The notes beneath the pieces were generated by a model that saw only the letters and a list, made by a program, of their open reading frames with translations, was not told where the DNA came from and did no database searches. A program made the position numbers and the translations under genes. DNA of 64,000 nt from Candidatus Falkowbacteria bacterium (GTDB taxonomy: Bacteria; Patescibacteriota; Patescibacteriia; UBA11705; JACRDX01): NCBI GenBank assembly GCA_043798985.1, contig JAZDOE010000018.1, positions 8,057 to 72,056 on the forward strand, read 5' to 3'. Shown here piece after piece: positions 9,172 to 19,121 of this stretch (position 1 is its first letter; every line of letters begins with the position of its first letter).

Positions 9172-10497
9172 ATGAAAATTTCAATATTTGGCGTTGGCTA
9201 TGTTGGCTTGGTGAGTGGCGCGTGTTTTGCCGAGCTTGGCAATGAAGTTTTATGTTGTGATATTAATGCTGAAAAAATTTCTGATTTGAAAAACGGGATA
9301 ATTCCGATTTTTGAGCCAGGTTTAAAGGATATTGTTGATCGAAATGTAAAATCCAACCGTTTATTTTTTACAACAAAGGCAGAAGAAGCGGTTAAATTCG
9401 GAGACATTATATTTATTGCAGTTGGCACACCGCCAAAAGAACATGGCCAAGCAGATTTAAAATATGTTTATACGGTTGCCGAAACAATTGGCGAGTATTT
9501 GGATAAAGATCAAAAAATCATTGTTGATAAATCAACCGTTCCGGTTGGCACAGCAGAAGAAGTGCGGACGATTATTGGGAAAAAATTAAGTTGTCGGGGA
9601 CAAAGTTTTAACTTTGCGGTTGTTTCAAATCCAGAATTTTTAAAAGAAGGCGACGCGATAAATGATTTTATGAAACCCGATCGCGTTGTTGTTGGTTGCG
9701 ATAAGGATTGGGCAAAAAAAATAATGGAAGATTTATATTTGCCAGTGACAAAAAACGGCCATTCGATTTTTTTTATGGATTTGAAATCAGCCGAAATGAC
9801 AAAATATGCGGCAAATGCATTGCTGGCAACAAAAATTTCTTTCATGAATCAAATGGCAAATCTTTGCGAAATGACCGGCGCTGACATTGAACAAGTCAGA
9901 AAAGGAATTTGCGCTGATCGCAGAATCGGACCACATTTTTTATATCCCGGATGCGGTTATGGCGGAAGTTGTTTTCCGAAAGATGTGCAGGCGCTTGCCA
10001 GTTTGTCGAAAAAATTTGGCTATACTCCGCAGTTGTTAGATGCTGTTGAAAATATCAATGAAACGCAAAAAGAAATTTTAGCGAAAAAAATTGTCGCGGG
10101 ATTGGGCGATTTAATTAGTAAAAAAATCGCGGTTTGGGGCTTGGCATTTAAGCCACAGACAGATGATATGCGCGAAGCGCCGGCGATAATTACGATTGAA
10201 CGATTATTGGCAAAGGGCGCGCGCATAAGTGCTTATGATCCTGTTGCGATGAAAGAGGCGAAGAAAATTTTCCGCGACAGAATTGATTATGCGTTTGACA
10301 TGTATGATTGTTTGCGCGACGCGGACGCGTTGGTGGTGATTACCGAGTGGCCAGAATTTAAATTACCTGATTTCGCGAAAATAAAAAGTTTATTGCGCGC
10401 GCCGATAATTTTTGACGGCAGGAACATTTATTCGCCAGAAAAAATGAAAGAATTGGGATTTAAATATTTTTGTATCGGCCGGCCAGTTTTATGCTGA
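9172..10497 (+). CDS. ugd: UDP-glucose 6-dehydrogenase
   Basis: GVGYVG, KSTVPVGT, NPEFLKEG, GYGGSCFPKD; ATG 9172. Confidence 0.93.
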   Translation: MKISIFGVGYVGLVSGACFAELGNEVLCCDINAEKISDLKNGIIPIFEPGLKDIVDRNVKSNRLFFTTKAEEAVKFGDIIFIAVGTPPKEHGQADLKYVYTVAETIGEYLDKDQKIIVDKSTVPVGTAEEVRTIIGKKLSCRGQSFNFAVVSNPEFLKEGDAINDFMKPDRVVVGCDKDWAKKIMEDLYLPVTKNGHSIFFMDLKSAEMTKYAANALLATKISFMNQMANLCEMTGADIEQVRKGICADRRIGPHFLYPGCGYGGSCFPKDVQALASLSKKFGYTPQLLDAVENINETQKEILAKKIVAGLGDLISKKIAVWGLAFKPQTDDMREAPAIITIERLLAKGARISAYDPVAMKEAKKIFRDRIDYAFDMYDCLRDADALVVITEWPEFKLPDFAKIKSLLRAPIIFDGRNIYSPEKMKELGFKYFCIGRPVLC

Positions 10498-11465
10498 AAT
10501 ACAGTTTTATAATACCAGTAAAAGAGATAAACAATTATGTTCGGGAAGCGGTTCCGAAAATTCTTGAAATTGGCCGCGAGGATTTTGAAATAATTTTATA
10601 TGTTGATATTGCGAATTCGGAGACTTGGTTGAAAACGCGGCAAATCGCAACTGGCCCGGGCGGGCCGGCAATGAAGCGAAGTTTAGCGGCGCGCGACGCG
10701 CAAGGTGAGATTTTGGTTTTTATCGATGATGATGCATATCCTAAAAAAGATTTTTTGGAAAAACTTGACGAAGCGTTTAAAAATGAAAATGTCGTTGCCG
10801 TTGGCGGGCCGGCGATTACGCCGGCTAATAATAATTTTTGGCAAAAAGTTTCCGGCGCGGTTTTTTTAAGTAAACTGTCCGGCGGGTTCCCCGAAAGGTA
10901 CGCGCCGGTCGGCTCAAAAAAGTTTATTGATGATTGGCCGAGCGTGAATTTGTCGGTGCGTAAGGATGCGTTTGCAAAAGTCGGCGGTTTTAAAAGTTCT
11001 TTTTGGCCCGGAGAAGACACATTGTTCTGCGAAGAATTGGTAAAAGAAACCGGTAAAAATATTTTATATGATCCTGCGGTAATTGTTTTTCATCATCGTA
11101 GAGAAGGATTTTTCAGGCATTTGAAACAGGTCGGTGCGTACGGGCTGCATCGCGGTTTTTTCGCGAAAAAGTTCGGCGGCGCGTCGTTGAAATTAAAATA
11201 TTTTTTGCCGAGTTTGTTTTTACTGTTTATCGTCCTTGGCGCAGGATTAAGTTTCGTTTCTTTTTTGCTTTTTAAACTTTACATTGCCGGATGGGCGATT
11301 TATTTATTGGCATTATTGAAAGCATTGCTGGATATTAAACAGTATGAAGCAAGTTGGCTGGTCGCGTTGCATTCGTTGTATTACATCGTGGCAACACATA
11401 TAGTTTACGGATGGCATTTTTTGCGTGGTTTATTTAAAAAAGAATTAGTTAGCAAGTTGCGGTAA
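10491..11465 (+). CDS. GT2 glycosyltransferase with C-terminal TMs
   Basis: SFIIPV, FIDDDAYP, GEDT motifs. Confidence 0.85.
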   Translation: MLKYSFIIPVKEINNYVREAVPKILEIGREDFEIILYVDIANSETWLKTRQIATGPGGPAMKRSLAARDAQGEILVFIDDDAYPKKDFLEKLDEAFKNENVVAVGGPAITPANNNFWQKVSGAVFLSKLSGGFPERYAPVGSKKFIDDWPSVNLSVRKDAFAKVGGFKSSFWPGEDTLFCEELVKETGKNILYDPAVIVFHHRREGFFRHLKQVGAYGLHRGFFAKKFGGASLKLKYFLPSLFLLFIVLGAGLSFVSFLLFKLYIAGWAIYLLALLKALLDIKQYEASWLVALHSLYYIVATHIVYGWHFLRGLFKKELVSKLR

Positions 11466-11471
11466 ATATTT

Positions 11472-12959
11472 ATGAAGATTGCCATATCATTTCCACCATT
11501 AAAATCAGAAAAAGGCATTCCTTTGCTTTCGCAAAATCGGCAGTTCCAATGGTTCAATAGCCCCACTTATATTTATCCCATGATTCCGGCGAGTGCCGCA
11601 ACTTTGTTGAAAAAAAATGGACATGAGGTTATTTGGGACGATGGAATCGCTGAAAAAATGGAGTATGACAAATGGCTAGAGCGAATTGTTGAAACGCAGC
11701 CGGACATTATCGCGATTGAAACAAAAACTCCGGTTGTAAAAAAACATTGGCAGATTATTAATGATTTGAAAGCACAATCTTTGAAAATTGAAAACCCGCC
11801 TGCCGGGCGGGCAGGTTGGAAATTGAAAATTGTGCTGATGGGCGATCATGTGACAGCATTGCCAGAAGAGTCAATGAAAAATTGCGATGTTGATTTTGTG
11901 ATTCAGGCTGGGGATTTTGATTTTATTTTGTTAAGCATTGCGAATAAACTTTCAGGACAAGGCGAGTTGGAAGGTGGAATTTGGTATAAAGAAAATAGTG
12001 AAATAAAAAATAGCGGCGCGTATGATTTGCACAAACATTCGCTGGATGAATTGCCAATGATTGATCGCGAACTGACGCACTGGAAATTGTATGCGTTTGA
12101 AAATGGAAATTTTAAATATACACCTGGTTCATATATGATGAGTGGTCGTGATTGCTGGTGGGGAAAGTGCAGCTTTTGTTCTTGGACAACTTTGTTCCCC
12201 GGACAAAATTTTCGGACGCGTTCCGCGAAAAATGCGCTTGATGAAGTTGGCGCGCTGATTGGTTTGGGGGTAAAAGAAATTATGGAAGATTCCGGAACAT
12301 TACCGATAGGTGATTGGCTAAAAGAATTTTGCGAGGGGATGATTGCGCGTGGCTATAATAAAAAAGTGACGATGAGTTGCAACATGAGAATTAACGCAAT
12401 TAAAGATGTTGAAATTTGGAAAATGATGAAAGCTACGGGATTTAGACTTGTTTTGTTCGGTTTGGAATCAGCAAACCAATTGACATTGGATAGACTTAAT
12501 AAAAATTTAAAAGTTGAAGAAATTGAAAACGGGTTAAAAATTTGTAAACAAGCGGGCTTGGAGCCGCACATTACGGCAATGATGGGTTATCCGTGGGAAA
12601 CGCTGGCAGATGCGCAAAACACGGTCGTTTTGGCGAAGAATTTATTTAAAAAGGGTTATGTTGATACTTTGCAAGCAACGATTGTAATTCCTTATCCGGG
12701 AACGCCATTGCATAGATATTGTAACGAAAATAATTTGTTGAATTTTGAAGATTATGATCGGTTTGATCAACGGGAACAGGTTATGAAAAGCGCGCTAACA
12801 ACCGAAGATGTGCGTAAGTTAACTCAAAATTTGTACCGCGCGTGGATGAGCCCAAGTTTTATCGCGCGGAAAGTTTTTTCGATGAGAAATGTTGCTGATT
12901 TTAAATATTTATTTAAAGCCACGATGAAATTATTCGGGCATTTAATGGATTTTAAATAA
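11472..12959 (+). CDS. B12-binding-domain radical SAM protein
   Basis: CWWGKCSFC cluster motif, GLESA, PYPGTPL, N-terminal B12-binding-like domain (MGDHVT). Confidence 0.85.
   Translation: MKIAISFPPLKSEKGIPLLSQNRQFQWFNSPTYIYPMIPASAATLLKKNGHEVIWDDGIAEKMEYDKWLERIVETQPDIIAIETKTPVVKKHWQIINDLKAQSLKIENPPAGRAGWKLKIVLMGDHVTALPEESMKNCDVDFVIQAGDFDFILLSIANKLSGQGELEGGIWYKENSEIKNSGAYDLHKHSLDELPMIDRELTHWKLYAFENGNFKYTPGSYMMSGRDCWWGKCSFCSWTTLFPGQNFRTRSAKNALDEVGALIGLGVKEIMEDSGTLPIGDWLKEFCEGMIARGYNKKVTMSCNMRINAIKDVEIWKMMKATGFRLVLFGLESANQLTLDRLNKNLKVEEIENGLKICKQAGLEPHITAMMGYPWETLADAQNTVVLAKNLFKKGYVDTLQATIVIPYPGTPLHRYCNENNLLNFEDYDRFDQREQVMKSALTTEDVRKLTQNLYRAWMSPSFIARKVFSMRNVADFKYLFKATMKLFGHLMDFK
11781..11832 (+). 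repeat. In-frame TTGAAAA heptamer array with nested cctgcc/ggcagg hairpin (11795-11815)
   Basis: ttgaaaattgaaaa-cccgcctgccgggcgggcagg-ttggaaattgaaaattg; encodes LKIENPPAGRAGWKLKI. Confidence 0.8.
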
Positions 12960-12960
12960 T

Positions 12961-14586
12961 ATGGAATTGCCATTGGTTTCAATTATAATTACGACGAAAA
13001 ACGAAGAAAAAAATATTGAAAATTGTTTGGCGTCAATAAAAAGCCAGACATATCCGGTTGATAGAATAGAAGTTATTGTTGTTGACAATTCTTCGTCAGA
13101 CAAAACGAAGGAAATCGCGCTGAAATATACCGACAAGGTATTTAATAAAGGACCAGAACGAAGTGCGCAAAGAAATTTTGGAGTTGAAAAAAGCGCGGGC
13201 GAGTATTTTTTGTATTTGGACGCAGACATGATTTTGCAACCGGGAATCATTGATGAATGCGTTTCTTTAACGCAAAAGGACGTTGGCATAGTTGGTTTGT
13301 ATGTTCCGGAAATTGTAACGGGCGCAAAATTTTGGAGCGAGGTTCGCAGATTTGAGCGGAGTTTTTATCATAGTACGGTAATTGATTGCGTTCGATTTAT
13401 AAAACGTAAAACATTTATAGAGGTTGGCGGATTTGATGAGACAATGACTGGCCCGGAAGATTGGGATTTGGATAAAAAATTGCGACTACGTGGGCAGGTA
13501 GCATTAATTAAGACACATCTTTTTCATAACGAAGCAGAGTTTGATCTTAAAAAGTACTTGTCAAAAAAAGCGTATTATATAAAAAGCCTTGATAGGTATA
13601 GCGACAAATGGGGTAAAAATGATGCTGATGTTAAAAAGCAATTAGGAGTTTGCTATCGGTTGATAACCGTATTTACAGAAGACGGAAAATGGATTAAGCT
13701 GATTATGCATCCGGTGTTAACGTCGGGAATGTATTTGTTACGAGTTTTAGTGGGAATAAAATATTGCTGGGCGCTGTTGCAAAAAATTTTGTCCAACCAT
13801 GAAGAAATTCCCAAAAAACAAAAAAACATTGACGAGGAAAGGGAATGTAGAAAAACAGAGATTGTTTCTGTCGGGAAAGCGGAATTGGCTGGTTTTGATG
13901 AGTCCGCAGACTATTTATATAAATTTTTGATGGCAAATAATATTTTAAATTCACAGGAGCATAGTGGTCAATGCTTGGAATTAGGCTGTGGTTTTGGCGC
14001 GTTCACTTTTAAGTTGGCTAAATTGGGCTATAATATTTGCGGTACTGACGTTTCCGAAGAACAAATTGAGTTTAATAATAAAAGATGCGTAGAAAATAAT
14101 TTATCACCAATGTTTAAAGTGTTGAACATAACGACCTTGGATAAGATGGCGGGAGAAAGTGTTGATTATATTTTTCTAACGCAACTATTACATCATTTGG
14201 TTAAAATAGAGGACATTTTTGCGGAACTATTTAGAATTTTAAAACGAAACGGTAAGATTATTATTATAGAAGCCAATACGAGTAATTTTTTGCGCTTCAT
14301 CACCGCGGCTCTTATTAAAATTGATATAGATATATTCAAAAGACGACTTCGATTGGCGGCGCATTCCAACGAAGGATTCCATCTTATTCGAACATATAAA
14401 AAATGTATCAAACAACACGGAAATTTTTCTTTTTATCCATATTGCACGTCCAACAATTATTCTATTCCCAAATATAGGATATTTTCTAGATTGTTGTCTT
14501 TTTTTCATTTGTCGCCGAAATATTATGCTACGGATATTTGTTTAGTTGGGGCAAAAGAAAAGCCTGCGCCTTGTGTTCAAAAATAG
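12961..14586 (+). CDS. GT2 glycosyltransferase fused to class I SAM methyltransferase
   Basis: N-terminal IITTKNEE/LDADM/GPEDWD; C-terminal LELGCGFG motif I, LHHL, ILKRNG. Confidence 0.82.
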   Translation: MELPLVSIIITTKNEEKNIENCLASIKSQTYPVDRIEVIVVDNSSSDKTKEIALKYTDKVFNKGPERSAQRNFGVEKSAGEYFLYLDADMILQPGIIDECVSLTQKDVGIVGLYVPEIVTGAKFWSEVRRFERSFYHSTVIDCVRFIKRKTFIEVGGFDETMTGPEDWDLDKKLRLRGQVALIKTHLFHNEAEFDLKKYLSKKAYYIKSLDRYSDKWGKNDADVKKQLGVCYRLITVFTEDGKWIKLIMHPVLTSGMYLLRVLVGIKYCWALLQKILSNHEEIPKKQKNIDEERECRKTEIVSVGKAELAGFDESADYLYKFLMANNILNSQEHSGQCLELGCGFGAFTFKLAKLGYNICGTDVSEEQIEFNNKRCVENNLSPMFKVLNITTLDKMAGESVDYIFLTQLLHHLVKIEDIFAELFRILKRNGKIIIIEANTSNFLRFITAALIKIDIDIFKRRLRLAAHSNEGFHLIRTYKKCIKQHGNFSFYPYCTSNNYSIPKYRIFSRLLSFFHLSPKYYATDICLVGAKEKPAPCVQK

Positions 14587-14648
14587 CTTTTATGGATGTG
14601 TTTGTGGCAAATGGGAAAGGACTAAGCTGACTACGCATCCGATAGGGA

Positions 14649-17600
14649 ATGCATTTTGTGAAAACTATGGAAAATAATCAAAGTGGAGACAAAAAAGTTG
14701 TTTATATTGGGATGAGTGCGGATCTTATACATCCGGGGCATCTTAATATTATAGAAGAAGGGCGAAAGCTCGGGGAGGTTGTAATTGGTCTTTTAACCGA
14801 CGCGGCGATTGCGAGTTATAAGAGATTGCCGTATATGTCTTACGAGCAAAGGAAAATCGTAATGGAAAATATAAAGGGCGTTGATCGAGTTGTTCCTCAG
14901 GCAACCTTGGATTACGTGGCGAATTTAAAAATGATCAAACCGGATTATGTTTTGCATGGTGATGATTGGAGAACCGGTGCGCAGCAAACAACGAGAACTC
15001 GGGTGATTGAAGCATTGAAAGAGTGGGGCGGAAAGCTTGTTGAAATTCCATATACTCCGGGAATTTCTTCGACTCAATTAAATAAAGCGCTCAAAGAAAT
15101 CGGCGTGACGCCAGACGTGAGAATGAAGAGATTAAAGCGGCTATTACAAGCAAAACAATTAGTTAGAATAATGGAGGCGCATAGCGGGTTGACAGGATTG
15201 ATTGTTGAAAATATTCACATTAGCAGAAATGGCGCAAATAAGGAATTTGATGGAATGTGGTTGAGTAGCTTGACAGAATCCACTTGCAAAGGAAAACCAG
15301 ACATTGAAGCTGTTGATATTACTTCGCGATTACAAACATTGAATACCATTGCCGAAGTCACGACTAAACCCATCATTTTTGATGGAGACACCGGCGGTCA
15401 GGTTGAACATTTTATTTATACGGTCAGAACATTAGAACGATTGGGCGTATCCGCGGTTATAATAGAAGATAAGACGGGATTAAAAAGAAATTCATTGCTG
15501 GGAACGGATGTTCAACAGTTTCAGGACAGTATTGAAGACTTTTCACAAAAGATTTCAGCCGGAAAACGCGCACAGATAACTCGTGATTTTATGATTATTG
15601 CTCGCATAGAGAGTTTAATTTTAAAGAAGGGCGTGGCTGACGCGATAAAAAGAGCAGATGTTTACATAAAGGCTGGGGCTGATGGGATAATGATTCACAG
15701 CAAGGAAAAAGATCCGCAGGAAATATTTGAGTTTTGCCGCGCGTACAAAAAGCTTGAGAGGGTCGTTCCTTTGGTGGTCATTCCAACTACATACAATCAA
15801 ATTACAGAGCAAGAGTTGATTGACCATGGGGTTAATGTTGTTATTTACGCGAATCATCTTTTGCGAAGCGCTTATCCGGCAATGGTAAAAGCAGCAACTT
15901 TGATTTTGGACAATGAACGGGCAATGGAAGCTGATGCGGTGTGTATGCCGATAAAAGAAATTTTGTCGCTTATTCCGTGCAGAGAGAATAATGTAAAAAT
16001 CGTTGATGGTATCAATGTGCCAGATTTTTGTAAATTTTTAAAAAACCTTGGAATAAATTTTTATTGTGGAGTTCCAGATTCCTTATTGAAAGATTTTTGT
16101 GCATATTTATTGGATAATCTGTCCGCGACCGAACATATTATTGCGGCAAATGAGGGCGGGGCGATCGGCTTGGCAACTGGGTATTATTTAGCTACGCAGA
16201 AACTTCCAGTTGTTTATATGCAGAATTCCGGTTTAGGTAATGCGACAAATCCGCTCGTTTCTTTGGTTGATCCAAAAATTTATTCAATCCCAATGTTACT
16301 TTTTATCGGTTGGCGCGGTGAGCCGAATAAAAAAGATGAACCTCAACATTTAAAACAGGGTGAAATAACCCTTGATTTATTAAAAGATATGGGCATTGCT
16401 TATGATATTTTGCCCAATTCATTTGATTCCGCGTGCAAGATTGTTGAGGATGCATATAAGAAAGCAAAACAAGAACAGCGTGCGCGGGCAATGATTGTTA
16501 AAGAGGGAACCTTTTTGTCGTATGTTCAAAAATCCTCGATAAAAAATGAGTATGAACTAAGTAGGGAAGATGCGATTGAAATTATTGCCGCGACGATTGA
16601 AGATACTGCGGCAATTATTTCTACCACTGGCAAATGTTCGCGAGAGCTTTTTGAATATAGAGAAAAAAACGGCGGTGATCATAAAAAAGATTTTCTTACC
16701 GTTGGCTCGATGGGGCATGCTTCGCAAATCGCGCTGGGCATCGCTCAAGAAAAAAGGGATAGGCAGATTTATTGTTTGGATGGAGATGGCGCGGCGATTA
16801 TGCATCTTGGGGCGATGGCGATTATTGGAAACAACGCGGTCGGCAATTTTAAACACATTATTTTAAATAATGGCGCGCATGAATCTGTCGGCGGACAGCC
16901 AACTGTTGGTTTTTCAATAGATTTTTGCGCGATCGCCAAAAATTGTGGTTATAAACAAGCAATATCGGCAAAAACCGAGCAAGAGTTGCGGGTAGCATTG
17001 GATTTTTTGAAAAACAATAACGGTCCTACGTTGCTGGAGGTGCGTGTTAAATGTGGTGCGCGGGCTGATTTGGGACGGCCGACAATCACGCCACAGCAAA
17101 ATAAAGAGGAATTTATAAAATATTTGCAAGAGGGCATTCCTCAACAGCAAGAAGAATTTTTTGGCATTGGGAAGCTGGCTGAAATTTTAAGAAAAAACGG
17201 GGCAAAAAAGATTTTTTTTGTTCATGGAAAAGAATCATATTCAATGAGCGGCGCTCAATATCTTATAGAACCGATTTTGAAAGATTTTGAAGCCACGCAT
17301 TTTTTTGAATTTGACTTAAATCCAAAAATTGAAGATGTGAAGCGGGGGGTAGCCGAGTTTTTGCGAGAAAAGCACGATATAGTTATCGGGTTGGGTGGCG
17401 GTAGTGCGATAGATATGGCAAAAGCGATTAGGGTTTTGGCGGCACAAGATCAACGAGTCGCGGCAGAAGAATTTGTTACGGGTGTTAAAAAAATAAATAA
17501 CCGTGGGGTACCGCTTGTTGTAATTCCTACCACAGCTGGAACAGGAAGCGAGGCAACTCATTTTGCTGTTGTGTATATTGAAAAAAACAAGAATTCGTTG

Positions 17601-18275
17601 AATAGCCCGTTTGTTTTGCCAGATTATTTCATTTTAGATCCTGTTCTTATTCGTCAATTACCAGCAAAAATTATGGCATCGAGCGGAATGGACGCATTGT
17701 GTCAAGCAATCGAATCATTTTGGTGCATTAACTCAACAAAAGAATCAAAAGAATATTCAAAGAAAGCGATTGAGTTAGCGATTGATAATTTAGAGGGGGC
17801 TTATGCCGGAGATATGAATGCGCGTGGGAAAATGCTTTTTGCCGCAAATTTAGCCGGTAAGGCGATAAACATTACGCAGACAACAGCCTGCCATGCCATA
17901 TCATATCCGATTACGAGCTATTTTGGCGTTGCGCATGGACACGCCGTAGCATTAACGCTCAGCGAAATGTTGAAATATAATTTTGAGATTTCAGAGAATG
18001 ATGTTTTGGATTCGCGCGGAGCAGGGTATGTAAAGGAAATGCTCAAAGAGTTACTGATAATTTTACGTGTTAATGACGTTGAATCGGGCGTTTATTTTCT
18101 TAAGGATTTAATGCAAAAATTGAACCTACCGACGCGGTTATCGGAGCTGAACATTAAGAGCGCGGAAGACATTGAGTTGATCATCAAAAATGGTTTTAAT
18201 CCAGATAGAGTAAAAAACAACCCGCGTGCATTGACAGAAGACAATTTAAGAAAAATTTTGCAAGTTATTTATTGA
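14649..18275 (+). CDS. Fusion: cytidylyltransferase + PEP mutase + phosphonopyruvate decarboxylase + iron-containing alcohol dehydrogenase (phosphonoacetaldehyde reductase)
   Basis: HPGH/VLHGDDW; [10 protein letters not shown] PepM signature; [30 protein letters not shown]...NN (Ppd); [21 protein letters not shown]...HGHA (Fe-ADH). Confidence 0.92.
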   Translation: MHFVKTMENNQSGDKKVVYIGMSADLIHPGHLNIIEEGRKLGEVVIGLLTDAAIASYKRLPYMSYEQRKIVMENIKGVDRVVPQATLDYVANLKMIKPDYVLHGDDWRTGAQQTTRTRVIEALKEWGGKLVEIPYTPGISSTQLNKALKEIGVTPDVRMKRLKRLLQAKQLVRIMEAHSGLTGLIVENIHISRNGANKEFDGMWLSSLTESTCKGKPDIEAVDITSRLQTLNTIAEVTTKPIIFDGDTGGQVEHFIYTVRTLERLGVSAVIIEDKTGLKRNSLLGTDVQQFQDSIEDFSQKISAGKRAQITRDFMIIARIESLILKKGVADAIKRADVYIKAGADGIMIHSKEKDPQEIFEFCRAYKKLERVVPLVVIPTTYNQITEQELIDHGVNVVIYANHLLRSAYPAMVKAATLILDNERAMEADAVCMPIKEILSLIPCRENNVKIVDGINVPDFCKFLKNLGINFYCGVPDSLLKDFCAYLLDNLSATEHIIAANEGGAIGLATGYYLATQKLPVVYMQNSGLGNATNPLVSLVDPKIYSIPMLLFIGWRGEPNKKDEPQHLKQGEITLDLLKDMGIAYDILPNSFDSACKIVEDAYKKAKQEQRARAMIVKEGTFLSYVQKSSIKNEYELSREDAIEIIAATIEDTAAIISTTGKCSRELFEYREKNGGDHKKDFLTVGSMGHASQIALGIAQEKRDRQIYCLDGDGAAIMHLGAMAIIGNNAVGNFKHIILNNGAHESVGGQPTVGFSIDFCAIAKNCGYKQAISAKTEQELRVALDFLKNNNGPTLLEVRVKCGARADLGRPTITPQQNKEEFIKYLQEGIPQQQEEFFGIGKLAEILRKNGAKKIFFVHGKESYSMSGAQYLIEPILKDFEATHFFEFDLNPKIEDVKRGVAEFLREKHDIVIGLGGGSAIDMAKAIRVLAAQDQRVAAEEFVTGVKKINNRGVPLVVIPTTAGTGSEATHFAVVYIEKNKNSLNSPFVLPDYFILDPVLIRQLPAKIMASSGMDALCQAIESFWCINSTKESKEYSKKAIELAIDNLEGAYAGDMNARGKMLFAANLAGKAINITQTTACHAISYPITSYFGVAHGHAVALTLSEMLKYNFEISENDVLDSRGAGYVKEMLKELLIILRVNDVESGVYFLKDLMQKLNLPTRLSELNIKSAEDIELIIKNGFNPDRVKNNPRALTEDNLRKILQVIY

Positions 18276-18288
18276 AGATTAGGGTTAT

Positions 18289-19083
18289 ATGGAAAAAGAA
18301 GTTGTGCCCAAACAAACAGCAATGGCTTCAAGAAAGGACTATGATTTTACGGCGGTGCCGATGAGATTTTTTGCTTCTTTTTTTGCAAAATGGCTTGCTA
18401 CTCTTGGCGTAACTCCGAATCAGATAACATTATTCAATTTTTTAGTGCTTACCCCGGTCATTTCGTATTTTTTTATAAGAGGTGGGTATCTGGAAAATTT
18501 GATTGCTTTTGGGTTTATTTTTGTATATATGATATTTGATTTGTGCGATGGGATGGTTGCGCGATTAAGATCTTTACAGTCTGGATTCGGACAAACTCTT
18601 GATAGCAGTTTGGATAGAATTTTTCAAGGAGTATTGTTTATTTCAGTGATTTGTGGAGTTGTTTTGACCTCCGCAAACTGGCGGTGGGCTATTCCTGGAA
18701 TGTTGTTATTGTTTGGGCAAGGAATGGCGAACTGCATGGGCTTGGAATTTGAGAAACGGTTTGGGTTTGATGGATATTCCGGATTGCCCACTTTTAACGA
18801 AAAGTTTAAGTTGGGTGGCGTGGTTACTTTAGTAGATAAGTTTTTAAAGAATATCATTGTCCCGCATAATTTTTGGTATATTTTAATTTTTACGTGTAGG
18901 TACCAGTTTTTCCTCGGTATTTTATTTGATCAATTGGGGATATTTTTGATAGTTTTTGCGATAGCTATAAATATTAGATGGATCGTTTTATATCTTTTAC
19001 TAATGCGCTATTTGTATGGCGGAAAAAGTAAGTTACGAAGCCTTACGTTTTTAAAGGAGCTAGAATATGAAAAACGGAGTTAA
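18289..19083 (+). CDS. CDP-alcohol phosphatidyltransferase family protein
   Basis: TPNQIT and DLCDGMVAR...GQTLDSSLDR signature. Confidence 0.88.
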   Translation: MEKEVVPKQTAMASRKDYDFTAVPMRFFASFFAKWLATLGVTPNQITLFNFLVLTPVISYFFIRGGYLENLIAFGFIFVYMIFDLCDGMVARLRSLQSGFGQTLDSSLDRIFQGVLFISVICGVVLTSANWRWAIPGMLLLFGQGMANCMGLEFEKRFGFDGYSGLPTFNEKFKLGGVVTLVDKFLKNIIVPHNFWYILIFTCRYQFFLGILFDQLGIFLIVFAIAINIRWIVLYLLLMRYLYGGKSKLRSLTFLKELEYEKRS

Positions 19084-19121
19084 GCCGAGTATAATGTTAA
19101 TGATTAAAGGTTGAGTTTCAT

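Noticed and set aside
10650-10670. GC-rich ggcccgggcgggcc in the GT2 gene
   Set aside because: It encodes a plausible conserved GP.GPA.KR motif with no evident extra length.
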